The notes: generated by a model from the letters alone, not told the origin. Numbered from the stretch's first letter, positions 1 through 9,164 are shown. The stretch is 64,000 bases of DNA from Longimicrobiales bacterium (GCA_965226375.1 CBDDCX010000007.1:32001-96000); one strand, 5' to 3'. Numbers and translations are program-made.

Positions 1-275
1 GCTGCGGTAGGCGTGGACTCAGACGGAAAGAAGCACGTGCTGGGCGTGAGGGAAGGAGCGAGTGAGAACGCCGAGGTGACCAGCGCGCTCCTAGAGGATC
101 TGGTCGAGCGCGGCCTGGACCCGGGCAGGCGGCGGCTGTTCGTGATCGATGGCTCGAAAGCGCTCAGGAAGGCGATCGAGAAGGTGTTCGGCCAACGTCA
201 CCCCATCCAGCGCTGCCGCAACCACAAGCTCCGCAACGTGCTGGGTCATCTGCCGAAGGATCAGCATCCTCAGGT
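1..275 (+). mobile_element. IS256-family (Mutator-like DDE) transposase, internal fragment; runs off window start and is truncated at ~275
   Basis: Translation ..GVDSDGKKHVLGVREGASEN..LVERGL..LFVIDGSKALRKAIEKVFG..IQRCRNHKLRNVLGHLPK matches IS256 motifs (G-x-K-x-V-L-G, DG-x-K-AL, QRC-x-x-HK-x-RN). Similarity stops abruptly after ..HPQV. Confidence 0.85.
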
Positions 276-312
276 GAACATAGGATGTGGTACTACTCTT
301 GGGGGCAGGTCA
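273..312 (-). mobile_element. Probable IS3-family terminal inverted-repeat remnant
   Basis: Minus strand from 312 reads TGACCTGCCCCCAAGAGTAGTACCA. This 5'-TG start and TGACCTGCCCCC pattern is typical of IS3-family ends, and it sits exactly where the DUF6946-like gene loses homology. Confidence 0.5.
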
Positions 313-524
313 GGCACGGCCAAGAGCAGTTCAAGGCTGGCAAGATCCAGATCCCGCGACGCCGTTAGTGCCGCACTCACCTCCGGTGGAAGGCGATCGC
401 CTGCTGCTTCCCAACATGCCGCAGCACTCATCGCAGACTTGCCAGGCTTCCAGTGCAGGTCAGGTTTGGCGAGCAACCGCTTCCAGTCCGCTCCCGTTTC
501 CGTCGGAGCAACAATACGTTTCAT
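313..524 (-). pseudogene. N-terminal fragment of a DUF6946-like protein (putative PD-(D/E)xK-type nuclease family), truncated by an IS end
   Basis: MKRIVAPTETGADWKRLLAKPDLHWKPGKSAMSAAACWE..LPPEV..LELLLAVP resembles the family N-terminus (W-x-x-LLA-x-P-x-x-HW-x-x-G-x-SA). AGGAG RBS lies upstream. Confidence 0.6.
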
Positions 525-1289
525 GGTTTAGTCTCTCCTGGACTGTCCGTCCTACCCCCCTGGCACGTGAGCGATGGGACGGCGTCGCGCGGGTGTTTGC
601 CGCTAGACCGCGTCGTGCCCTGCGACTCCCACGTACCAGACGGGGCTACGCCGAGATCCGGGGAGGCACGGGGAGCGACGTAGGACGAGATCGACCTGGA
701 GGCCCGCGAGTGGCGCCTTGCAGGCGACCCTATGAATACGTTGTTGAAGCGCGGTGGATGAGTAACGCGACCGCCATGGTCCGCATGAGTGCGGTGTGAT
801 TCGTCGGCGTGAATATCACGAGCGTCATGGGCCAGTCCAGCGGTTAGGCAAGAGCGAAGCTCAAGTGGCTCGGACTCGCCGAGAAGATCATCCAGAACGT
901 CAAAGCCGGCCTCGAAGGCTTGCGGGCGGGGCCCTGGGGCCGGACTCAAAACTGGATGGGGTGAGGCGATGCGTGTAATCTCCTGTGTGTAGGCCCGTTC
1001 GGAGAGAGCAACTTTAACCAAGACGCCCGCAATTTCCGAGACCGCTGAAAAGGCTAAGAGCCTCTTCGAGAGCCCGAAGCCATACCACCCAGCTGCCCGC
1101 CTGACGTTGCCTGTATTGGTGCGTCAGGCTAGGGCCTCTGAGACAATTCAGTACAGTGCCGTGGCCGCCGAGGTGGGCGTTTCCGGCCCACGGAACATGG
1201 GGTATCCGCTCGGATCGATCGGGCAGACCCTTCTCGAATTGGGCCGCCGGTGGCGCCAGACAATCCCTCCGATTCAGGCTATCGTGGTG

Positions 1290-2356
1290 AGGGGGTATTC
1301 CCTTAAGTCCACCGACCCCAAGATATAGTGGTTACCGGGGCTCTGCGGGCCGTTTCCCACGTCCGGTGCCGAGGTAAAGGGCCGAAGCTGGCGTGGGAGC
1401 ACACTGAACAGCCTGCTCAAGCAAGCGGTAGAACAACAGGCCGCGAGCCCGGGATGTGCGTCGGTTGAAGCGAAAGGTGAACTCGTCCAGATAGTAGGGG
1501 AGGTGTTCGCGGGCGATCCCTCCTTGGAGGGTTCCGAGGACCCAGCGCTTGAGGAGAGACGCCACCCGATGTACGGCCGACATGAGCACGTGAGCGGGAT
1601 CGCCGGAGGTCGAGAGGTTCGTGACCGTGTGGCGAAAGCCCAGTTTGGCGAGTCCCTGATAGCTTGGCCATCCGTCGGTATGCACCGTGCTTGCCGGTGC
1701 GATGCTATCCTTGACGAAGCCTCGCAGAACCGGAGCGGAGAGGTCGGGCACCCAACGCAGCCGTATTCTCCCGATCTTGCGTCCGTCGACCTCGGCGGCG
1801 ATCGCGACGATGGCCTTCTTGATCGTCTCGCGGCCCCGCACTCCAGCCTCCACGCCCCCGACATAGCTCTCGTCCACTTGCACAACGCCGCTCAGCTGGT
1901 CGCGATCCGGTCGGACCATGGCCCGGCGGAGCTTGTGGAGCCAGACCCACGCTGTCTTGTAGCTTCCCAGTCCGAGCACGCGCTGGAGCCCGAGAGCATT
2001 GGCTCCGTATTTCTGGCTCGTGAGCTCCCAGGCAGCGAGAAACCACAGACGCAGGGGCGAGCGCGTGCGGTGGAACACGGTTCCCGCCAGCACCGAGGTC
2101 TGCCTTCGACAGTGTGGGCAGACGAGACGCCCCCGCGATGCTCGCCAGACCTCTCCCAACCCGCCACAGCCCACGCACACAAACCCTTCCGGCCAGCGCA
2201 GACCCTCCACGTACTCCAGGCATGCCGCATCGTCGGGGAAGAACTCGTCCAGCTCCAGCCGCGTACGGGGATAGTCCACGCCGCCACGGAGCTGAGAAGC
2301 CGGAACCGCCATGACCACAACATGTAGTGGGCGGTGGACTTAAGGCAATACCCCAT
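1290..2356 (-). mobile_element. Complete IS1595-family insertion sequence (1067 bp)
   Basis: Terminal inverted repeats: AGGGGGTATTCCCTTAAGTCCACCG (from 1290) and reverse complement ATGGGGTATTGCCTTAAGTCCACCG (from 2356). Flanked by an 8-bp direct repeat TCGTGGTG (1282-1289 and 2357-2364). Confidence 0.95.
1332..2318 (-). CDS. IS1595-family transposase
   Basis: Zn ribbon (RWPEGFVCVGC..CPHC), AGTVFH, VQVDESYVGG, VHTDGWPSY, YLDEFTFRFNRR motifs. Start could be 2318 or 2312. Confidence 0.95.
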   Translation of the reverse strand: MVMAVPASQLRGGVDYPRTRLELDEFFPDDAACLEYVEGLRWPEGFVCVGCGGLGEVWRASRGRLVCPHCRRQTSVLAGTVFHRTRSPLRLWFLAAWELTSQKYGANALGLQRVLGLGSYKTAWVWLHKLRRAMVRPDRDQLSGVVQVDESYVGGVEAGVRGRETIKKAIVAIAAEVDGRKIGRIRLRWVPDLSAPVLRGFVKDSIAPASTVHTDGWPSYQGLAKLGFRHTVTNLSTSGDPAHVLMSAVHRVASLLKRWVLGTLQGGIAREHLPYYLDEFTFRFNRRTSRARGLLFYRLLEQAVQCAPTPASALYLGTGRGKRPAEPR

Positions 2357-3001
2357 TCGTGGTGAACAAGGCGGATGGGCTCCCCGGTGTTGGGGTCGCC
2401 CACTTCACTCCAGACGCAAAGGTCTTCAAGAGCGCCACTCGTCAAGAGAAGAGGCGCATCGTGCTAGAAATCCTCCACGAAGTATTCACCTATCGAGACT
2501 GGGACCGCGTCCTCCGCGCCCTCGGCCTGCAGCCGCTGTCGACACCTGAATTGCCTCCGGTCGATACGATCGCGCGAAGGGGTGGTGGCGAAGGACCGGA
2601 GCACTTGGCGCTGAAGCAACTGATCTCCGAGTGCCCGCACAGCGTCGGTGCCGAAGGCATGACCCCTGAGGTCGAGGCCTCGCTCCATTCCGGCGATTTC
2701 GTCGATGTGCTCTTCCGCGGCCGGCGTCGCGTGCTGGCAATCGAGGTCAAGGGGGAACAATCCGCGAACGATGACGTCGTGCGCGGGCTATTCCAATGTG
2801 TCAAGTATCAGGCTGTGCTGGATGCGCAGGCGAAAATAGAAGGCGTACGGATGGACGTCGCGGCTGTGCTGGCGCTCGGTGGGCGCCTTCCGGATAATGT
2901 GCGCGCGATAGCCAATACCCTTGGCATCCAGGTCATAGATCAACTCAGCGGGCCGTGACCCACCCGACTCACTAGGACGTGCGACTAGGGTGTGGCGAGG
3001 G

Positions 3002-3214
3002 CACTCTGACGGGCAGGAGCCGGCGCTCGATGCCGAGTGCCTCGAACGCGCGGACCTCCTCAGGCTCGGTCGGGAGCCACGGCAGGCCGAGGTGCTCGAG
3101 CACGTAGTCGAGCGAGAGCAGGCACCGCAGGAGCACTTCCTCGGAAGCGGACCGGCGGTCGCGGATGTCTTCGGCGCCGAGCGCCCGGTAGATCCGCCGG
3201 GCGAAAATTCGGCA
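3002..3214 (-). pseudogene. Internal fragment of a conserved hypothetical protein
   Basis: CRIFARRIYRALGAEDIRDRRSASEEVLLRCLLSLDYVLEHLGLPWLPTEPEEVRAFEALGIERRLLP is protein-like with GC3-rich codons but has no plausible start or end. Recalled as a multi-copy hypothetical family; not verified. Confidence 0.45.
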
Positions 3215-3242
3215 GCTACCCCCAAGCGGTGATAGGGTCTTC

Positions 3243-3839
3243 ATGACATCGGGTGATTTGCTGGCTCGCTTCAGCGGACTCAAGATCTGGAGCGCCAATG
3301 GCCAGCGTGCCCCGCACAAACCCCTCCTCGTATTGTGGTCAATCGGGCGTTGTCTCAGAGGCGAGGGACGCATGGCGTCCTACAGGGATGCTGACAAGGA
3401 ACTGACCAAGCTTCTGCGCAGTTTCGGCCCTCATCGAAAATCCGTTCATACGGAGTCCCCGTTCTGGCGTCTACAGAATGACGATGTGTGGGAAATCGGA
3501 GACTCTAATCGCATCACCGTGGGGCCGGGAGGAAACGCGCACAAGAGTTCGTTGCTCCGGTTGGACACCCACGGCGGTTTTCCAAAAGCGATACACACTG
3601 CACTGCACGAAAACGAAGAGCTTGCAGTGCAGATTGCTACTTCGCTGGTGGACGCCCACTTCCCGTCCACTGTTCGAGATGAAGTCTTACGGGCAGTCGG
3701 TATAGATTCAGGTTTTGAGTACTCACGCCGTAGGCTCCGCGATCCCTCATTCGGGCCGGCGGTGCTGACGGCCTACGGTTATCGATGTGCTGTGTGCGAG
3801 TTCGCGCTCCGATTGAACGATAAACCAGTCGCTCTTGAA
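3243..3839 (+). pseudogene. Phosphorothioated-DNA-binding (SBD)-HNH restriction endonuclease, truncated before the HNH catalytic motif
   Basis: RAPHKPLLVLW, LLRSFGP, PFWRLQND (ScoMcrA-type sulfur-binding domain), then RDPSF..VL.AY.YRCAVC..VALE. The expected following AAHI/HNH core is replaced by IS3 sequence. Confidence 0.85.
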
Positions 3840-4517
3840 AGGTGTGGTCCTGGGATATCACGCGGCTGCTCGGGCCGAAGAAGTGGAGCTATTACTACCT
3901 CTACGTCATCATGGACATCTACAGCCGCTACGTCGTGGGCTGGATGGTGGCGGACCGGGAGAACTCGGCCCTGGCCGGCCGGTTGATCCAGCAGAGCTGC
4001 CTGAAGCATGGCGTCCAGCCCCGGGTCCTGACCCTGCACTCGGATCGGGGAACTCCAATGACGAGCCAATGCACCGCTCAACTTCTCGCTGACCTCGGCG
4101 TGACCCGCTCGTTGAGCCGGCCTCAGGTGTCGGATGACAACCCGTTTTCCGAGGCTCAGTTCAAAACCTTGAAGTACCATCCCTCGTTTCCCGGACGGTT
4201 CGGGGATCAGGGCCAAGCCAAGACGTTCTGTCGATCGTTCTTCCGCTGGTACAATGCCGAGCACCGCCATGGCGGCATCTCGATGCTAACCCCCGAGCAG
4301 GTCCACTTCGGGAACGCCGATCAGGTCATTGCCGGCAGGAAATCCGTGCTCCGCGAAGCATGGGCCGCTCATCCCGAACGCTTCGTCAGAGGTGTGCCGA
4401 ATCCCAAACCGCTCCCGGAGGCCGTCTTCATCAATCCTCCCATCCCTTCCCTCACCACACAGGACATTGCTCTCTAATTAATCCCGTAGAGTGTCCCATT
4501 GTCGTTGACAGGTTCCG
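3840..4517 (+). mobile_element. IS3-family element, 3' half: integrase-core (rve) ORF 3842-4477 plus right end
   Basis: VWSWDIT, DIYSRYVVGW, LHSDRG, SRPQVSDDNPFSEAQFKTLKY, WYNAEHRH DDE motifs. Followed by TGTCCCATTGTCGTTGACAGGTTCCG, which looks like a right IR. The 5' half is missing. Confidence 0.9.
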
Positions 4518-5491
4518 GAGTTCCAGCAGCTCCTCGTTCCCCTCCACGTCCAGGAACGTGTCCCACTCCAGGAAGTAACCTTCCGGATCGTACCCGACGA
4601 ACGTGCTGACCCGGCCACTCTCTTCGGAGAGCTCCTCCGTCCGGAACTCCAGGCCCTCGACCTGGTGCATGTAGTCGAACCACCCTTCCACGTCGTCCGT
4701 GAAGAACGAAACCGTCACGCTCTTTTCGTCGGTGGATTGATGGAGACCACGCTCTCCGTCGACGAGTCCGACGTAACCGGCGGACGAGACGGCGAAGACC
4801 TTGGCCCAACCTTGATCCACGATGATGCCGTGGCCGAGTGTCTCGCGATAGAATCGCTCCATACGCTCCATGTCGCGGTAGTAGAGCCAGAGAACCGTGG
4901 CCTGGAGGCCCAGATCGGCGGGCCGGCTGGTCTCGACGCCGGGGGCAGGATACAGCACTTCGACTTCGGCCAACACAGGCATCAAGCGCTCGTTCTCGGC
5001 GTGAGGGTTGAAGCGCTCGAACTCGAGCAGGTAGCCCTCGGGGTCGATGGCCACAAACCCGTCATGCGGGCGCCCCTCGGCAGGCCGGACTCGGAACGCA
5101 TGGGTACGCCCCGGGAACTCAAGTAGTCGCACCAGCCCTCTACCTGCTCCGTGACGAAGGCGAGTGTCACCGTCTTGGGCTCGTCCGTGGAGTGCATGCC
5201 GTCGGCCGCGTTCACCAACGTGATGTATGAAGACTCGGCCACGCGCAAGATCTTGGCGAAGCCGTAGTCGACCACGGTATGGAGGCCCAGCGTTCCCGAG
5301 TAGAATGCCCAGGCGGCGTCCACATCGTCGTAGTAATAGAAGACGTTGGTCGCCAGAACCGCAGGAGGTCCGGTCACAGACGACTCCTCACCGGATGCTC
5401 CATCCCCGGACGGTGGCTCACCCGGCTGACAAGCCAGAGTGAGGAGCAACACGAGGGCCGCAAGGCACGGCATCGCACGAAGAGTCGTCAT
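4518..5491 (-). pseudogene. Two-domain VOC/glyoxalase-family lipoprotein, frameshifted at ~5089; last codons replaced by the IS3 end
   Basis: Lipobox (LLTLAC) and two homologous VOC repeats (YYYDDV..VDYGFAK..DPEGYLLEFE and YYRDM..VDQGWAK..DPEGYFLEWD) are split over ORFs 4982-5578 and 4452-5132. Adding one base after ..MRSE restores the frame. Confidence 0.75.
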
Positions 5492-5541
5492 CGAAGATCC
5501 TAATCCTCCTGAAGAACCAGCAGATCCGGGATCGCGGCTAG

Positions 5542-5593
5542 CAGCCGCCGAGCACGGCGGCCAACGGCCGCCAAACACGGCGGCCAGCGGCCG
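5542..5593. repeat. 23-bp tandem repeat (2 copies + partial), each with an internal GCCGCC-N6-GGCGGC palindrome
   Basis: CAGCCGCCGAGCACGGCGGCCAA (5542-5564) and CGGCCGCCAAACACGGCGGCCAG (5565-5587), then CGGCCG. Confidence 0.75.
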
Positions 5594-5685
5594 GGCTGAC
5601 AGGATAGAGGGGGAGCGGCTCTGGTGAAAGCCGTGAGCACCCCGCAGACTGTCTCAAGTGAAGCCACGCACGGAAGAGACGGCCA

Positions 5686-7271
5686 TTGACTCATTCGGAA
5701 CCTGCCCCGGTGAACACGCCGGCCCCCGGCTCTGCGGCCGATCTTCCCATCACGTACAACGCCGCCGACATCCTCGAGCGAAACGTCGCCCGTCATCCAC
5801 ACAAGGATGCGCTCCACACGGAGGACGGGGTGCTCACCTTCCAGGCCGTATCCGAGAGCGCCAACCGGGTCGCGCACGCCTTGAGTGCCATGGACGTCCA
5901 GGTCGGAGATTGTGTCGCCATCCTTTGCCTCGACACTGCCGAGTGGGTAGCCACGTTTTCGGTACGCTGAAGTGCGGAGGAGTCGCGGCGGGCATGAGCA
6001 CGCTGCTGACGCCAGGCGAGATCGGGCTCATCCTCAACGACAGCCGGGCAAGGGTGATCGTGGTGCATTCCGTGCTCCTGGCCGGACTTCAGGAGGTGCG
6101 CCCCGAATGTCCGTGCCTCGAACACGTGATCGTCGTCGGCGGGGACGCGCCCCACGGAGATGAGGCGTTCGAGGAATGGGTCGACGGGCAGTCGTCTACG
6201 TTCGAAACCGCTTCCACGCAACGCGACGACCACGCCACCCTCAATTACTCCAGCGGTACGACGGGCAAACCGAAAGGCATACTACACGCTCACAAGGACC
6301 TGGTGCTCACCGCGGAACTCTGGGGGGCCAGGACGCTGGGTCTGACCGAGTCCGACCGGACCTTCTCACTGGCCAAGCTGTTTTTCACCTTCGGCCTCGG
6401 GGGCAACCTGCTCTTTCCTTGGCATGTGGGCGCGTCGGCCGTCCTGTACTCGGGGAGCCCGCGCCAAGCGACCAACGTTCTGGCGGTCATCGATCGCTTC
6501 CGCCCCACCATTCTGTTCAATGCACCCACGGGCTACGCCTCCGCCCTGGCGGTGGACGATCTCACCGATCGCTACGACCTGTCCTCGCTGCGCCTGTGCG
6601 TGTCGGCGGCGGAAGCCCTTCCCGCACCCTTGTGGCAGGCCTGGAAGGACCGGACGGGCCTCGACATCCTCGACGGCATCGGGTCGACGGAGAACTTCCA
6701 CATCTTCCTGTCCAACCGCCCGGGAGATATCCGTCCCGGCAGCTCCGGCAAGCCTGTCGAGGGCTACGAGATGCGCATCGTGGACGAGGACGGCTCACCG
6801 GTTCCGCTCGGGGAGGTGGGCAACCTCCACGTGAAAGGCGAGACGGCCGCTCGCTCCTACCTGAACGATGCGGAGCGGAGTCGTGAGAGCTTTCTGGGAG
6901 ATTGGCTCAACACGGGGGACAAGTACTACGAGGACGAGGACGGGTACTTCTGGCACGCGGGGCGGTCCGACGACATGCTCAAGGTCGGAGGCATCTGGGT
7001 CTCGCCGGTAGAGGTGGAGAGTACCCTGATCGGCCACGACGCCGTGTTGGAATGTGCCGTAGTTGGTATCGCCGACGACGCCGGTCTCATCAAGCCCAAA
7101 GCTTTCGTGGTGCCTGCTCCCGGCTTCGAACCTTCGGAGGAGACGGCCGAGACCCTGGTGCGGCACTGCACGGACTCCATGTCGGCCTACAAGCGGCCTC
7201 GCTGGATCGAGTTTCTCGAGGAGCTGCCCAAGACCGCGACGGGGAAGATCCAACGCTTCAGGCTGCGTTGA
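5686..7271 (+). CDS. Benzoate-CoA ligase family aryl-CoA ligase, frameshifted at ~5958 (T-run)
   Basis: N-terminus (YNAADIL..WVATF) is in ORF 5686-5970 and the rest in ORF 5658-7271. Motifs YSSGTTGKPKG, AKLFFTFGLGGNL, DGIGSTE, GRSDDMLKVGGIWVSP, LPKTATGKIQRF. Confidence 0.85.
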
Positions 7272-7284
7272 GCTTGATCTCACC

Positions 7285-8526
7285 TTGATAACCATCACCC
7301 CCGTTCCCCGCGCCCTGGTCCCCGTGGATTCCGAGGCCGCCGCTCGGATCAGCGCTCCCAACTACGACGAGTTCCAGGGCGACCACGAGATCTGGGAGGT
7401 GCTCGAGTCGAACCCGATGAGCGTGCTGCGGGTCACCATGGCGCACTGCGATACGGCCTCACCGGCCGATATCGAGTCCGGTGACACGGATACGTCGCTG
7501 GCCCGGGCCAGGGCCAACATGGTCGAGCTGATCGAGAGTGACCTGACACGTGAGGTCCGAGACGTGCTTTGGGTCTACGAGATCCAGGACCCGAGGCGAC
7601 CCGACACACCCCAGATCGGACTGGGTGGCATGGCCCGCACGGCCCAGATTCGAACCGAAGCCAACCCCGCAGGGAGCATCATTCGGAATGAGGGCATCCG
7701 CGAGCCCAAGTCCCGCGGAAGAGCCGACCTCATCGAGGCTACGGACGCCATCATCGGCACGGTGAACAACGCCGTCGACGACGCCTCTGGTGTGATCCAC
7801 GCCGCCCTGGTGGCGCAGGCCGCCTCCGTAGCACCTGACTTCGAGGTTACCGATCACCACCGGATCCGGCACCGGATCTGGATCGTGGATGATGACGGTC
7901 TCATCGGACGCTTCCGGCAACTCCTCGCGGAGGAACCCCACGCCTACGTGGCGGATGGAAATCACCGGAGTGCTGCCGCCGCCATGTTGGGGTACGACAC
8001 CTTCCTGGCGGTCTTCTTCCCCGCCGCCACCATGGGTATATACCCGTACAACCGGCTGGTCACCGACGTGGCGGATCCGGCCTCGGGACTGTCGACTGCT
8101 GTGGCGAAGAAGTTCGAGATCGGCGGCACCCTCGAGACCTGGGCATACCAACCCACCGAGACGCACAGCGTCGGGCTCTACTCCCCTGAGCAAGGATGGA
8201 TGCAGTTGCGCCCGCTCCCTGGCACGTTCGATCCTGACAACGCGGTCGAGGCGATCGACGCCGACATCGTGCAGCGGAACCTGTTCGCCGAGGTCTTCGG
8301 GATCGAGGATGCCGGCGATCCCCGGCTGACTTTCGTGGGAAGCAACAAGGACGCAACCTGGCTGCAAGCGGCCGTGGACGAAGGACGCGCGGCCTACGCC
8401 GTCACACTCCCGGCCGTAACGATGAGTCAGTTCATCGCGGTGTGCCGACAGAACCGACACATGCCGCCTAAGTCCACCTGGTTCGAGCCCAAGATCAGGA
8501 GCGGGCTCGTGATGGCGTTGCTCTAG
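7285..8526 (+). CDS. DUF1015 family protein
   Basis: SAPNYD, YVADGNHRSAAA, PYNRLV, C-terminal MPPKSTWFEPKIRSGL. TTG start 13 bp after the ligase stop is inferred. Confidence 0.85.
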   Translation: MITITPVPRALVPVDSEAAARISAPNYDEFQGDHEIWEVLESNPMSVLRVTMAHCDTASPADIESGDTDTSLARARANMVELIESDLTREVRDVLWVYEIQDPRRPDTPQIGLGGMARTAQIRTEANPAGSIIRNEGIREPKSRGRADLIEATDAIIGTVNNAVDDASGVIHAALVAQAASVAPDFEVTDHHRIRHRIWIVDDDGLIGRFRQLLAEEPHAYVADGNHRSAAAAMLGYDTFLAVFFPAATMGIYPYNRLVTDVADPASGLSTAVAKKFEIGGTLETWAYQPTETHSVGLYSPEQGWMQLRPLPGTFDPDNAVEAIDADIVQRNLFAEVFGIEDAGDPRLTFVGSNKDATWLQAAVDEGRAAYAVTLPAVTMSQFIAVCRQNRHMPPKSTWFEPKIRSGLVMALL

Positions 8527-8590
8527 GCAACTCCGCGGAATCGGCGCAGGCGCCCGGGTCCTACCGGATGCTCACGCCGTCCGACGTACC

Positions 8591-9073
8591 CTACCCCACC
8601 GTAGCCCAGCACTCGATCTCGACAGCCGCTCCCAGCGCGAGCCCATCGGCACCGAACGCGGAGCGAACGGGCTTGGGTCCAGGAAAGAACTCGACGTAGA
8701 TCTCATTCATCGCCGGCCACTCGGCCATGTCGTCGATCATGATGGTGCACTTCACGATCCGGTCCATCGACGACCCGTAGCGCTCGAGAACGGCCTTGAT
8801 ATTCTCCAGTGTCTGGCGGGTCTCCGGTTGGATGCCCCCCGATATCCTCTGCCCGGTCCCGGGCACCGTCCCGAGCTGCCCCGACAGGTAGAGCATGGAG
8901 CCCACCCGGACGGCCTCCGAGAATGGGAGGCCCCGGGCCGCGAACTCCGGTGTGGACAGGTACTCGACATCAGGCCCGGCCTGGGTCGCAGCCGTGGCGT
9001 CGGGCGTAGGGGGCTGACACGCACAGAGTCCCAGCGTGACTGCGGCCGCCGCCAGAGGCGTCGATTTCACCAT
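8591..9073 (-). CDS. RidA/YjgF family protein with lipoprotein signal peptide
   Basis: PFSEAVRVGSMLYLSGQLG, MNEIYVEFF, PVRSAFG, VEIEC. N-terminus MVKST..VTLGLCAC. Confidence 0.9.
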   Translation of the reverse strand: MVKSTPLAAAAVTLGLCACQPPTPDATAATQAGPDVEYLSTPEFAARGLPFSEAVRVGSMLYLSGQLGTVPGTGQRISGGIQPETRQTLENIKAVLERYGSSMDRIVKCTIMIDDMAEWPAMNEIYVEFFPGPKPVRSAFGADGLALGAAVEIECWATVG

Positions 9074-9164
9074 GGTCTTCTCCCGGTTGAAAGAGGCCCT
9101 GCGGCGGGCGGAGCGCCCGGCGGGCCATTGCGTACGTATTGCCGGCACCCAATGTATCAGCCTC

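Larger units (their letters stand above)
1107..2958 (+). pseudogene. wHTH-like + PD-(D/E)xK nuclease-like protein interrupted by IS1595 (5' part 1107-1289, 3' part 2365-2958)
   Basis: Removing the IS and one TSD copy rejoins ..PPIQAIVV|NKADGLPGVG.. in frame. The C-terminus has E..SGDFVDV..AIEVK..RGLFQCVKY, a restriction-endonuclease-like D..ExK..Q-x-x-x-Y signature. The true start is uncertain (frame open from 993). Confidence 0.75.

Noticed and set aside
521..1021. ORFs 521-1021 (-), 287-799 (+) and 796-978 (+)
   Set aside because: Low-complexity Pro/Arg-rich translations without recognisable motifs; likely degraded island DNA.
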